From the NCBI GenBank assembly GCA_965223295.1, contig CBDCWC010000003.1, positions 928,001 to 992,000 on the forward strand: 64,000 nucleotides of DNA. The letters run 5' to 3'. The notes below the pieces were generated by a model. That model was not told the DNA's origin, searched no databases, and worked only from the letters and a program-made list of their open reading frames with translations. Source of the stretch: Nitrospirales bacterium. Lineage in GTDB: Bacteria; Nitrospirota; Nitrospiria; Nitrospirales; UBA8639. The translations under genes were made by a program, and so were the position numbers. Below are positions 41,757 through 52,140 of this stretch, one piece after another. Position 1 is the first letter of the stretch; each line of letters opens with the position of its first letter.

Positions 41757-42158
41757 TCAATTAACTTTCTCAAAAATAAGTGGCGTCATTCTGCCGACAT
41801 CGGGAATGGATTCCAATTTTTTCCCGGATCCAAAGTGGGAAATAAACCCTGTCCATAACCAGGAACGGTACACTTTGACATCTGGTACTAAATCCAACCA
41901 AATGGGCAATGAGGAAATAATGTCTGGATCTTGATGGCTCACAAACAACACTCGAATATTTTGAATGGGCACATATTTCGTCAGTTCTGCTAACACGGTT
42001 GGGAAAATTTCCACTCCACCCGGATCAAGCAACATGGCCTCACCGTTACTGACAATAACCAGTTCATTTGTATCAGTCACATCAGGATGCTTTTCCGGGT
42101 CCCGGCCTAACACTATCCATTGATGACCGTTCTGTTCAAAAATAACCTGACTTTTCAT
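41757..42158 (-). pseudogene. Truncated metallo-beta-lactamase-fold oxygen-binding di-iron protein (ODP-like)
   Basis: LLDPGG, SHQDPDIISSL; the downstream His/Asp ligand half is absent. Confidence 0.7.
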
Positions 42159-42565
42159 ACATTCCTCCCGCAGGCCAAAACCTCTAGCGCATTGCTCCCT
42201 TGAGCAATGGCATCTTTCATGTTGTTAAAATTACTCTCCAGCCGCTCGATTGTTTCATTGAGCGTGTAGGCCAAATTACTAAAATTATCTTGTTTTTCAG
42301 AGAGGTACGCCGCTTCCACTTTAATATACAACGACAAATATTGAGCCGTCGTCCCAACCCCTTTGATATTTTTCGAGGCCAGCTTGGCTTTCCCCAGACA
42401 TTGTATCGACTTTCGCAATAACTGGATCGTCTCACTATGATTGACTTGGCACTGATGTGAAAGACGCTGAAGGTTGTCAAAAATAATTGGGGGTAATCGC
42501 TCAAAAAATGGATGTTTCATGAATTTGGCCACATCTGATGAACGCGAAAGATTCATGTCCGCCAT
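42155..42565 (-). pseudogene. Chemoreceptor-like helical protein fragment
   Basis: YLSLYIKVEAAY...FSNLAYTL resembles a degenerate MCP tip; overlaps the ODP-like gene start; in-frame TAG upstream and an IS nearby. Confidence 0.4.
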
Positions 42566-42734
42566 TTCTTTTAAGAACGAGGTGTCGTTAGAAATAATCT
42601 ACTTGAGTACCATTGAGACCAAACACATAATCTGTTGGTAATATCGCCGCACTAAATCTGAGCATTTGGCGGTATTTTTGGCTATTTGCGTACACTGACG
42701 TGCCCCCAGTGATTGTTCCAGTGTGCATGCAGCT

Positions 42735-43567
42735 TTAAGCGCATTTTGGAATTAATGCCTCAGGGGTTGGTGGTTTGTATCCTAAAGCGCTATGGGGACG
42801 CACCTGCTTATAGTGTTGCCGCCACCATTCGATGAGCACTTGCGCTTCCCGGAGCGTATAGAAGATTTCCCCGTTCAAGAGCTCATCCCGCAGTTTGCCA
42901 TTCAAACTCTCATTATAGCCATTCTCCCAGGGGCTGCCTGGTTCGATAAACAAGGTGCCGACCCCTAGCTGGGCGAGCCATTGTCGAACAGCCTTCGCGG
43001 TAAATTCTGGGCCGTTATCCGAACGAATATATCCCGGACAACCGTGCTGCAGAAACAGCTCAGCCAGCCGATGTAGCACATCATCGGCTCGAAGATGCCG
43101 AGCGACCTCAATAGCCAAACATTCTCGGGTATATTCATCGACAATGGTCAGCAAGCGTACCGGGCGACCATCATGGGTCCGCGTGGCCACAAAATCGTAG
43201 GCCCAGACATGATTTGGATGTTGAGGCTGGAGCCGCACACAGGAGTCCTTGTTGATCCAGAGTCGCCCCCGTTTGGGTTGCTTCTTCGGCACTTTTAAGC
43301 CTTCCCGCCGCCAAATCCGTTCCACGCGTTTATGATTCACGTGCCAGCCCTCGACTCGAACCAACGCGGTGATGCGTCGGTAGCCATAGCGCCCATACTT
43401 TCGAGCCAGCCGCACAATCGTTTTAGTTAACGCTTCTTCGTCCCCTCGGACCTGAGCCTGATACCGCTGTGTCGATCGAGGTTGCCCCAGCACCTGGCAC
43501 GTCCGCCGTTCCGCCACCCTCAGTCGTTGCCCAATGGTGTGAACGGCTCGGCGGCGTCGGGTGGGGC
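42735..43567 (-). CDS. IS3-family transposase OrfB
   Basis: [31 protein letters not shown] slippery site at the end of orfA. Confidence 0.9.
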
Positions 43568-43846
43568 TTAGAAGTTTCCCTCAGCTGCTTCCTTCAGAAT
43601 CAATTTATCCAGGGTGAGATCTGCCACGGCTCGCTTCAAGCGGGCATTCTCGCGCTCCAAGTCTTTGAGTCGTTTCGCCTGATCAAGTTTCAGTCCACCA
43701 TATTCCTGCCGCCACCGATAGTAGGTGGGATCGGTGATATTCCACTTCCGACAAATGTCTTTGACGGTCTGCCCTTGCCCCAACAGGACCTCCGCTTCCC
43801 GCAGTTTGTGAATGATTTGTTCAACCGAGTACTTCACACGTGCCAT
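43568..43846 (-). CDS. IS3-family transposase OrfA
   Basis: [19 protein letters not shown]...[11 protein letters not shown]...EGNF with GGAGG RBS. Confidence 0.9.
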   Translation of the reverse strand: MARVKYSVEQIIHKLREAEVLLGQGQTVKDICRKWNITDPTYYRWRQEYGGLKLDQAKRLKDLERENARLKRAVADLTLDKLILKEAAEGNF

Positions 43847-43945
43847 GATACCCTCCTTTTTTATATGCCCTAGCCTGTAACATAGGCCTCGGAGCCGTTT
43901 AAAGGGGGCACGCCACCGATCCCGTTGATCGCCCTTGGCTTCCAA

Positions 43946-43986
43946 ACGAAATATGACTCTTGATATCGTTGTTATTCACCACTCCC
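43946..43986 (-). repeat. Terminal fragment of MITE family A
   Basis: ACGAAATATGACTCTTGATATCGTTGTTATTCACCACTCCC matches the family A end. Confidence 0.6.
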
Positions 43987-44095
43987 ATCTACACCTCATC
44001 GTGCATATAGGAACGCCACTTTATGGAATCCTTTTCACCGATCAGAGTTCTGACAATCAGTTGAATTCTGTGAATCCGCTCTTGCAACAAAGAAC

Positions 44096-45602
44096 CTAGA
44101 GCAATTGGCGCCAGGTGAGGACTTGGACGGGAAGAGTACGAAGAGTAGCGGTAATGGGACAGGTGTCGAGCGTGATAGTGACATCGTCGTGAAGTATATG
44201 CACTTGATTAGCATAGATAGCACCGTTAAGAATTGAGGGTCCGATTCCTCCAGAAAATGTGGCTTGCCCAGATACGATTACAACCCCGTCCCAATGGAAG
44301 GGAGCATCGATTTGTATATTGCCTTTGACAAGTAGGATGCCATATCCAGTGACCTGAGAAACTACAAGAGGACCATTTATAGGTTCAGCATATAGCAACA
44401 TAGAGGAAGCGGCTGAACCCATATTTGCTCCAGTTAAATCAGCTAACACAGGCGTTGCCCCCCTCTTTAGCTCATCAATCTGTTCTTCCAACTCCAACGA
44501 TGCAGGACTCATTTGAGGAGACACAGGATTACCGTTCAGACTAGCCACACCTACCAAGGAAGCCAAAGGAGCTAGTGAGATTGGAGAAAGGCCTGAAGGG
44601 AACAGCCCACAAGTATCCATGCCCTCAATGGTAACCCTACTTCCTGACATCACCACTTCCTTCCCAACGTAAACCGGAGCCCAGACTGGCGGACCCGTCG
44701 GATGAATGACATCAGCCTGAAGAATCGCTTCTGCCCCTTCAACTTGGCCATGACTGAGAATAACTTCAACAGGCGGATACAACGTTGGCTCTATGGTGGT
44801 GAATTGTTGCGGTGTTACAGACAAGCCCGAGGGATAGCCATATCGAACCAGTTCACCCTTATTGCTAATGGAATGCAAGGCTGTCTCACCATCACCATCC
44901 ACATAATGCGGGGTGGTTTTCCGATGTCCAGCCTGTTCGGCATCGTACTCCCTCTTGTGGTACGCCTTGGTCCAATACACTAATTTACTTTGCACACTAT
45001 TAGCCTGGATAAGGGTATTCGCGGCATTTCCTGAGAGCGGGATATAATTGGTCAGAAGCGCATCGTAGGCCTGATCGTCTTCTGGCTGCCACCCATCGTG
45101 GGAAAAGACATAGGCCGACCAATTTGATTGATACGGTAACGCAAGATCTCCAAGAACGAGGGGATTCGACGCGGGCGTTCCACTTAATCGTCGTTGTGTT
45201 TCAGCCAACCCTGCTTCTGCTGCATAAAAAGTCTGGATAGCTCGTCGATAATTACCACTGATCTGTAAATCAGTCGATGTGGCAAATAAGATCGTAGCGC
45301 CCATGATGCCTGATATGGCCACCAGCACAAGCGCGGCAATGAGAGCACTTCCTTGTCTCCCTTTCAACAAGGGGCTGTTGAAAAAAGCCACCAGCGGCGT
45401 TCTCGTCATTTTCCCGTGCTCACATAATACCAGTACGCTACGCGCACAAAAATGACTGCGGCCTTGCTGGATGGACTTTTTTGAACCGCCCCGAAGCTCG
45501 TGGTGTCTGATGTCACGATGGGCACATATGCCCTTTGATATCTTCATTATTCAGCATTCCCAACAAGGCTTTCTGCCTTCCACTCATGCTTCCCTTTTTC
45601 AT
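44096..45602 (-). CDS. pilX: PilX-like minor pilin / pilus assembly protein; leader interrupted by a MITE
   Basis: RQG-SALIAALVLV, FYAAEAGL; the native start (45602 or 45587) joins in frame only after MITE removal; an open frame persists from MITE-derived ATGs at 45547 and 45409. Confidence 0.8.
45371..45560 (-). mobile_element. MITE family A copy, target duplication CAACAA
   Basis: CAACAA at 45365-45370 and 45561-45566. Confidence 0.85.
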
Positions 45603-45604
45603 GC

Positions 45605-46206
45605 TTAGAGATTCCTTGGCGTAATACGAGACTGCAGCGTGACTGTTCGATATCCACCATTCGACAGATATTTAGGATCAGGTGGTTCCGTACGAGCCGT
45701 GACTGTGATTTGCACTTGCTGAACACTCGCCGAGTCAACGGTTGGATTTCCCTCCTCATCGAAATATTCAACCAGGAATGATTCGATATTTTCTCCAAAG
45801 GGTTGATTCCCTCCACCCGTATTACGCCGTAGCGTATGCGTTCTGCCGTCATACAGAAAGGTAATGGACTCATTTGCATCTGCAATCAGGCCATTTCCGT
45901 TCAAATCCGCCTTGAGGATCAAACGGACAGGATCATAGGTAATCCCCAAAAATCATTATTGGCATTTGTGTCATGATTCACTCCACTCGGATCATATCCT
46001 GCCATCAAGAGTTCACGACTTATCACATCAATGACAACTCGAGCTTGCTGCTGCATCTCCAACCGATCTTCGCGCACATGTTGAGCTTTGAGTTCACTGA
46101 CGTACAACGCGTAAACCGCGCTCACCGTCACCAGACTCAAGGCTAGCGCCACAACCATTTCAATGAGTGTAAAGCCTTGAGGAAACTTTTGGCGCAAACA
46201 ACACAC
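45605..46206 (-). pseudogene. pilW: PilW-like minor pilin split by a frameshift near 45950
   Basis: QG-FTLIEMVVAL prepilin motif, ELLMAGYDP; continues as GITYDP...ITPRNL in the next frame across a T5 run. Confidence 0.75.
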
Positions 46207-46216
46207 GATTCACCTA

Positions 46217-46636
46217 CTAATCTGTTGTCAGATAGGAAGTCAGAGCGGTCGAATGCGTTCCATCATCCCATTGCACAGTAACGGTGATCGTATGCAACCC
46301 TGGCATCGGATCATTGGGAATGATAGTCAAAACTCGTTGGTGCTGAAGCGCCCCAGCAATGGATCCATAAGATTCGGTCGTCCTTAGCGGACTTATTAAG
46401 TGCAACGGTACGCCTTCTCGCTTCACATCTTCCATCTTTTCCTGGGCTAAGGTGACGCCCCGCGTCATTTTTTCACTGGCACTCATGCCAGTGTGTGCCA
46501 CCACGGAAAATCCTGCGAATCCTAATAATGCTAAAAAGACAACCGCCAACGCGATCACGATTTCTAGCAGCGACAACCCCCGTTGAGACTTGCCGTCCAA
46601 CCAAAACAACGTCAATTGTTTTGTCGAACTTGACAT
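46217..46636 (-). CDS. pilV: PilV-like minor pilin
   Basis: QRG-LSLLEIVIAL prepilin motif, ITVTVQW. Confidence 0.8.
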   Translation of the reverse strand: MSSSTKQLTLFWLDGKSQRGLSLLEIVIALAVVFLALLGFAGFSVVAHTGMSASEKMTRGVTLAQEKMEDVKREGVPLHLISPLRTTESYGSIAGALQHQRVLTIIPNDPMPGLHTITVTVQWDDGTHSTALTSYLTTD

Positions 46637-47098
46637 TTACGATTTCACCTTGACCCGGCCAGTAATACTGACCGTTATTTTTTTTGAGCCTGCAGAATTG
46701 GTGAGCGTGATCGAGGCCAGATTGATGGCCGTGCCCCGAGGTAAAAACGAAGGGTTATTTGAAGCTGCTACTGTGACATCATGATAGTTGGCTTGGATAT
46801 CACGCAATTCCTGAGGTTCACCAGGATCGATAGACCCATTATTATTCTGATCATCCAGGATGAGGTAGTGCCGGTCATCTTGAAAAAAAATCCGATGACG
46901 ATTTCGTTCGACAACCGCCTTCATTTTTGCAGCCGCTAAATCCGACATGACCTGGCGAACGGCACCATTTAATCGCCATTGAGGCAATTGAGTTGTGAGC
47001 CACATGTTTGTGAACATAATGGTAATGCTGATGATGCCAAGCACGATCATCAATTCCACGAGAGTCAAACCTTTTATAGCGACCTGAGGCATGCTCAT
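46637..47098 (-). CDS. FimT/GspH-like minor pilin
   Basis: KG-LTLVELMIVL, SFLPRGTA, SITGRVK. Confidence 0.82.
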   Translation of the reverse strand: MSMPQVAIKGLTLVELMIVLGIISITIMFTNMWLTTQLPQWRLNGAVRQVMSDLAAAKMKAVVERNRHRIFFQDDRHYLILDDQNNNGSIDPGEPQELRDIQANYHDVTVAASNNPSFLPRGTAINLASITLTNSAGSKKITVSITGRVKVKS

Positions 47099-47147
47099 GT
47101 TCTCTACCGTCCTTACTTCGATCCACCAACTGTTCCATCTCTAGCAT

Positions 47148-47930
47148 TCAGACCAATCCGCGAAAATACCATTGCCAGAGGTCTATCCCCCAAAGCATGG
47201 CGATGAGGGCTCCCAGGGCCAAATATGGGCCAAAGGGAATATATTGGCCTTTTTCCATCACCTTAAGTGTTAAAAGCACAATGCCAATCACCGCCCCAAA
47301 CACGGATGCCACCATGAGCGTGATAAATGCCTGCTGCCAGCCTAAAAAAGCCCCAACCATGGCCAAAAATTTGATATCACCGCCTCCCATCCCTTCTTTG
47401 CCAAAGACATAGGGACTGATCCAAGCTAAGGTCAACAAAATCCCTCCACCGACGACAATACCCAGGAGTGAATTGACCCACCCCGTTGGGAGTAAGAGGG
47501 ACCCACAAAGAAACCCAATCACGATCCCCGGTAGAGTAATCACATCCGGAATAATTTTGTGATCCCAATCAATCCAGGTCACCACCCAGAACACCGAGAA
47601 CAAGCCCGCATACACCACTGTCGTCCAGGCCAGTCCAAATCGCCAGACGACCAAGAGGTATCCCAGACCGTTCACCAGCTCAATGACAGGATACCGTGGG
47701 GCAATGGAACTTTTGCAGTCACGGCATTGCCCCTTGAGAAAAAGAAAGCTTAACAACGGCACATTGTCGTACCAGCTGATTTGTTTGCCACAAACAAGAC
47801 AGGCTGACCGGGGAGTCACGATTGATCGCCCATTTGGGATGCGATAGACGCAAACGGTCAGGAAACTGCCAATGATTGTTCCCAGAATAAAGACGCTGGG
47901 CCAAACAATCCAGTGAGCCATAAATGCCAC
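47148..47930 (-). CDS. pilD: Prepilin peptidase / N-methyltransferase
   Basis: GSFLTVCVYRIP, CxxC pairs, MGGGDIK, IPFGPYL. Confidence 0.95.
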   Translation of the reverse strand: MAFMAHWIVWPSVFILGTIIGSFLTVCVYRIPNGRSIVTPRSACLVCGKQISWYDNVPLLSFLFLKGQCRDCKSSIAPRYPVIELVNGLGYLLVVWRFGLAWTTVVYAGLFSVFWVVTWIDWDHKIIPDVITLPGIVIGFLCGSLLLPTGWVNSLLGIVVGGGILLTLAWISPYVFGKEGMGGGDIKFLAMVGAFLGWQQAFITLMVASVFGAVIGIVLLTLKVMEKGQYIPFGPYLALGALIAMLWGIDLWQWYFRGLV

Positions 47931-48046
47931 ATATTCCGTAGTTAATTCGACTAGGGTGAGTTTACGTATATTTCCAGTTTACAATACCAAAATGACCTGA
48001 TATTCTCCCTTAGATAATTTGCCTAGCCAAGGATGCCGAGGACCCG

Positions 48047-48307
48047 ATGAATACACGACCAAAACCATTACCAAGCGATGAACCACCCATAAAACGCAAG
48101 CGCCCCGAAGCCCTGACCCAACGGGAGCAGGAAATCCTTCAACTCATCTGGTCCGGGCTGAAAAATAAAGAAATTGCACAGCAGCTAAAAATTAGCGTGA
48201 AAACGGTAGAAGCTCATCGTGCCAATATGATGAAAAAGGTTCGCGTGTCGAATGCCGCTCAGTTGCTTAATGCCGCCATTCAAGAAGGCCTTATTCAGAT
48301 CAAGTAA
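48047..48307 (+). CDS. Stand-alone LuxR-type HTH transcriptional regulator
   Basis: LTQREQEIL...NKEIAQQLKISVKTVEAHRANMMKK. Confidence 0.9.
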   Translation: MNTRPKPLPSDEPPIKRKRPEALTQREQEILQLIWSGLKNKEIAQQLKISVKTVEAHRANMMKKVRVSNAAQLLNAAIQEGLIQIK

Positions 48308-48320
48308 CCCTCTCTGCTTT

Positions 48321-49085
48321 CTAATCCCTTTGTGCTCGTTGACGAGCCGCCTCAAACAATGTCACCGCAACGGCTACTGAGACATTCAGCGAATTCATCT
48401 TTCCCAGCATAGGGACCTGCACACGGTCATCGCATTTCTTGAGTACAATTGGACGAATCCCTTCCCCTTCACTTCCAAAAACCAAGGCCAGCGATTGCGT
48501 TAGATCAACATCGACATAGGAAGTCTTCGCTTCCGCATCCAGGGCAATCGTAGTGATGCACCGTTTTTGACATTGTTCGACAAATTTACCCGTATTGGCC
48601 ACACGTGCAATCGGCACATGTTCTAGGGCCCCCGCAGACGCTTTAGCCACCCCTGCCGTTAAGCCTACGGCACGATGTTTTGGAATGACAATACCATGTC
48701 CTCCTGTTCCGTCTACTGTTCGGATAATAGCACCCAAGTTATGTGGATCTTGAATCTGGTCCAACACGACGAGTAGCGCGGGCGTGGAGCATTGCTCCAC
48801 TTCATCTAACAGTTCCTCCCCTTCCAAAAACTGCTTGGCGGCCACGCTGGCGACAACCCCCTGATGATGGCGATCCCCAGCTAAACGATCCAGTCGATCA
48901 CGGGATTCTACTGAGTAGGGAATATGTCGTTCTTTGGCGAGACGGGTAAGAGGAAAAAAGCGCCCATCAGATTTAGCTAACCAGAGTTTTTCGATAACAC
49001 GGCCAGGAGATTGTAGGGCTTCGGTGACAGCATGGAACCCATACATCACACTGGCGGGCTCATCGTTTCCAGCGTGTCGTGCCAT
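48321..49085 (-). CDS. rlmB: 23S rRNA (Gm2251) methyltransferase
   Basis: YGFHAV, HQGVVA, QDPHNLGAIIR, GSEGEG, SLNVSVA; start probably 49085, overlapping cysS. Confidence 0.92.
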   Translation of the reverse strand: MARHAGNDEPASVMYGFHAVTEALQSPGRVIEKLWLAKSDGRFFPLTRLAKERHIPYSVESRDRLDRLAGDRHHQGVVASVAAKQFLEGEELLDEVEQCSTPALLVVLDQIQDPHNLGAIIRTVDGTGGHGIVIPKHRAVGLTAGVAKASAGALEHVPIARVANTGKFVEQCQKRCITTIALDAEAKTSYVDVDLTQSLALVFGSEGEGIRPIVLKKCDDRVQVPMLGKMNSLNVSVAVAVTLFEAARQRAQRD

Positions 49086-50553
49086 CAGGTCGATCTTCAA
49101 GGATAATGCCTTGGTTAGCGAGATCGTTTCGAATACGATCAGCAGTCGCGAAATCTTTCTTTGCGCGTGCTTTATTGCGAGCTTGGATCTTTTCTTCAAT
49201 AACACCAACTTCATCATTTGAACTAGTTACCTTCAAGGATAATGTGCCTTCTACTGACTGTGAGGCTGCTAGAAATACGCTCTTACCAATCCATTCTTTT
49301 GAAGAAATCTGAAAAAGCCCCAAAGGTTGTCCATATTTTTTGAGATCCTCTAGGACATTTCCTTTAGTCTGCTTAGACAATCCTTCCACTAAAAGTTTAT
49401 TCACTTCTCCTCGAAGTTCATGAAAGGCCCCAAGTACCTTTGGCGTATTGAAATCATCATCCATACTTGCATTGAATTTATTCACAAATTTCTTCGAGAC
49501 TCGCTTCCATTCTGCGTCACCGTGTTTATTCTCTTTTGTATCAGGTTCCTCTAACCGCTGAATTAGGCTATAGATAGCATCCATGGCTGCTTTGGCTTCA
49601 GGAAGAGATTTTTCGGAAAAATTCAAATCACTTCGATAATGAGTCGACAACAAATAATAACGGAGACATTCACCAGTAATCGTCTCAGAATCGGAAACGG
49701 GAGATTTGTCTAAAATTTCTCGTATCGTAAAAAAGTTCCCAAGCGACTTGGACATTTTTTCTTTGTCTACCGTCACAAACCCATTGTGGACCCAATAACG
49801 CGCAAACTCTTTACCCGTATAAGCAGAAGATTGCGCGATTTCATTTTCATGATGTGGAAAGATTAAATCCTTTCCTCCTCCATGAATATCGAATGTCGAA
49901 CCCAACTCAGCTACTGACATGGCAGAACATTCGATGTGCCACCCGGGACGTCCCTGTCCCCATGGACTATCCCATCCTGGCTCACCAGGTTTCGCCGCTT
50001 TCCATAACGCAAAATCCATTGGATCTCGCTTCTTCTCATTAACTTCGACTCTTGCACCAGCTTGAAGTTCTTCTAGATTTTTCCCTGACAGCTCCCCATA
50101 GAGAGAAAACCTCTTGACAGAAAAGTACACATCACCTTCTAGCTGATAAGCCACCCCATTTTTTTCTAGGCCGACAATCATGTCCACGATATCCTGCATA
50201 TGTTCGGTCGCTCGGGGTTCTACGGTGGGTTTGGAAATACCGAGTGCTTCCATGTCCCGGTAAAAATGTTTGATGTAGCGGTCACTGATTTCATTCCATG
50301 CCACGCCTTCTTTGACGGCTCGCTGTAAAATCTTGTCGTCGATGTCAGTAAAGTTCCTGACATAGGTCACTTGATATCCAGAAAATTCCAAATATCGTCT
50401 GATCATGTCAAAAGTGAGGGCACTACGCGCATGACCCAAATGACAATCGTCATACACCGTCACACCGCAAACATACATCCTGACTTTCCTAGCAGTTAGT
50501 GGGACAAACACCTCTTTTTTCCTGGATTTTGTGTTATAGAGGGTAATTGACAT
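49060..50553 (-). CDS. cysS: Cysteinyl-tRNA synthetase
   Basis: MYVCGVTVY, HLGH, GRPGWHIEC, KMSKS. Confidence 0.97.
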   Translation of the reverse strand: MSITLYNTKSRKKEVFVPLTARKVRMYVCGVTVYDDCHLGHARSALTFDMIRRYLEFSGYQVTYVRNFTDIDDKILQRAVKEGVAWNEISDRYIKHFYRDMEALGISKPTVEPRATEHMQDIVDMIVGLEKNGVAYQLEGDVYFSVKRFSLYGELSGKNLEELQAGARVEVNEKKRDPMDFALWKAAKPGEPGWDSPWGQGRPGWHIECSAMSVAELGSTFDIHGGGKDLIFPHHENEIAQSSAYTGKEFARYWVHNGFVTVDKEKMSKSLGNFFTIREILDKSPVSDSETITGECLRYYLLSTHYRSDLNFSEKSLPEAKAAMDAIYSLIQRLEEPDTKENKHGDAEWKRVSKKFVNKFNASMDDDFNTPKVLGAFHELRGEVNKLLVEGLSKQTKGNVLEDLKKYGQPLGLFQISSKEWIGKSVFLAASQSVEGTLSLKVTSSNDEVGVIEEKIQARNKARAKKDFATADRIRNDLANQGIILEDRPDGTTRWKR

Positions 50554-50556
50554 CGT

Positions 50557-51168
50557 CTAGTGCTCTGGCGTAGATGTCTTTTGACTGATTTTTTGTCCCT
50601 GATGTTTCACGATCCAAAAACCCAGGACTAATAAACCCACAAAGACAATGGTAAAAACATTGAAATATTTTTCGATAACCTCTTTCATCCAAGGACCAAA
50701 AAACTGTATGGCTCCAGCCACGAGAAAGAAGCGCCCCCCTCGACTGAGAATTGAGGCTACCATAAAGATTTTGAAATCCACATAAAAGGCTCCGGCCCCA
50801 ATGGTAAAAATTTTATATGGGATGGGGGTGAATCCTGCAATAAGAATGGCCCAGCCCTCGTAGCGTTGGAAATACTGGTGTACGAGATCCATGCGGTCTT
50901 GTCCCATAATTTTTTTTACTATGGGCCGCCCACCATACCAACCAATACCATAGCCTAAGGCACCTCCCATGACTGACCCGACTGTCGCCACCGTGGCATA
51001 CCACCAGGCATCGGCAGGATTTCCAAGCGTAAGAGCGATTAACAGCACATCAGGAGGAAGAGGGAAAAACGAGGATTCGGCTAAGGCTAAACCGAAAAGG
51101 GCAGGCACCCCGTAGGGCGAATCGGCCCACGAAAGCATCCAGTCGTATAATTGTTTTGCCCAGTCCAT
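50557..51168 (-). CDS. YqaA/DedA family membrane protein
   Basis: AESSFFPLPPD, GFTPIPYK, SRGGRFF. Confidence 0.9.
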   Translation of the reverse strand: MDWAKQLYDWMLSWADSPYGVPALFGLALAESSFFPLPPDVLLIALTLGNPADAWWYATVATVGSVMGGALGYGIGWYGGRPIVKKIMGQDRMDLVHQYFQRYEGWAILIAGFTPIPYKIFTIGAGAFYVDFKIFMVASILSRGGRFFLVAGAIQFFGPWMKEVIEKYFNVFTIVFVGLLVLGFWIVKHQGQKISQKTSTPEH

Positions 51169-51223
51169 TTGTTTGGATACGGAGTCTGCTGAAGATTAAT
51201 GTTCAAAAAGCGCTAGACGCTTC

Positions 51224-52051
51224 TCACGATTTGTTGACTTTCACTCTTCTACGACCAGATGATGCAGAAGTTGATTGTTTTCTAGAAAGACTTTTCCCCC
51301 ATTTGTTTAACGATTTGAGCGCGGTGTAATCCGTTAAATCTAAATGCAGGGGTGTAACAGAAACCATGTTCTTTTCCACTGCTTCATGGTCAGAAGGCTT
51401 TTTTCGGGCCCAGGATTCCTTTTTCCCTGCGATCCAAAAATATGACCCTCCCCTCGGATCAATTTTTTCCACAACGGGTTGATGATACCGACGCTGGCTT
51501 AAACTGGTGAATTGAATACCCGCTATCCTATCTTTTTTCTGGTCTGGTACATTCACATTTAGAATGGTCCCTTGAGGAAGACCCCACTTTAGAATGTTTC
51601 CCGCTAATTTCTCAGCATAGTGCCCAGCTATTGTGTAGGAAGCCCGAGAGCTATCCTCTAGAGAGACTGCCATGGACGGTATGCCATGAAGCATGCCTTC
51701 TAGTGCCCCGGCAACCGTACCCGAATTCGTGACGTCATCTCCCAAATTCCAACCCTTGTTAATTCCAGAGACGACCAACGTCGGCAGGTCAACTTCTAAA
51801 AGCTTGCAAACCGCCAAGGTGACACAATCAGCAGGTGTGCCATTGACCGCAAACCACCGAGTCCGCATTTGTCTTAGCCGCAATGGCTTATGCAGGGTCA
51901 TAGCTCGCCCCACGGCATTTTGTGTTTTTTCAGGCGCCACAACCCACACCTCTCCTAATGTTTTCAGCGCCTTCGCCAGAACACGTATGCCAGGCGCATG
52001 AATACCATCATCATTGGTAACCAGAATTCGTCTCGATTGGACAGAAGGCAT
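51224..52051 (-). CDS. surE: 5'/3'-nucleotidase SurE
   Basis: ILVTNDDG, GTPADCV, SGIN, SGTVAGA. Confidence 0.95.
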   Translation of the reverse strand: MPSVQSRRILVTNDDGIHAPGIRVLAKALKTLGEVWVVAPEKTQNAVGRAMTLHKPLRLRQMRTRWFAVNGTPADCVTLAVCKLLEVDLPTLVVSGINKGWNLGDDVTNSGTVAGALEGMLHGIPSMAVSLEDSSRASYTIAGHYAEKLAGNILKWGLPQGTILNVNVPDQKKDRIAGIQFTSLSQRRYHQPVVEKIDPRGGSYFWIAGKKESWARKKPSDHEAVEKNMVSVTPLHLDLTDYTALKSLNKWGKSLSRKQSTSASSGRRRVKVNKS

Positions 52052-52077
52052 ACTGTATTGGTTTGTAGCTGATAAAC

Positions 52078-52112
52078 AAAAGCCCGTCCCAAAGAAGTTG
52101 GGACGGGCTTTT
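52078..52112 (-). terminator. Rho-independent terminator after the oxidoreductase operon
   Basis: AAAAGCCCGTCCCAA-AGAAG-TTGGGACGGGCTTTT perfect stem. Confidence 0.85.
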
Positions 52113-52140
52113 CAATCTACTCAATTGACGAACAAATAGC

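Larger units (their letters stand above)
42696..43915 (-). mobile_element. IS3-family insertion sequence without target duplication
   Basis: TIRs TGACGTGCCCCC/GGGGGCACGCCA; flanks ACAC and CCGA do not match. Confidence 0.9.

Noticed and set aside
45940-45955. Phase variation of pilW by a homopolymer tract
   Set aside because: The run is only five bases, too short for typical slipped-strand switching
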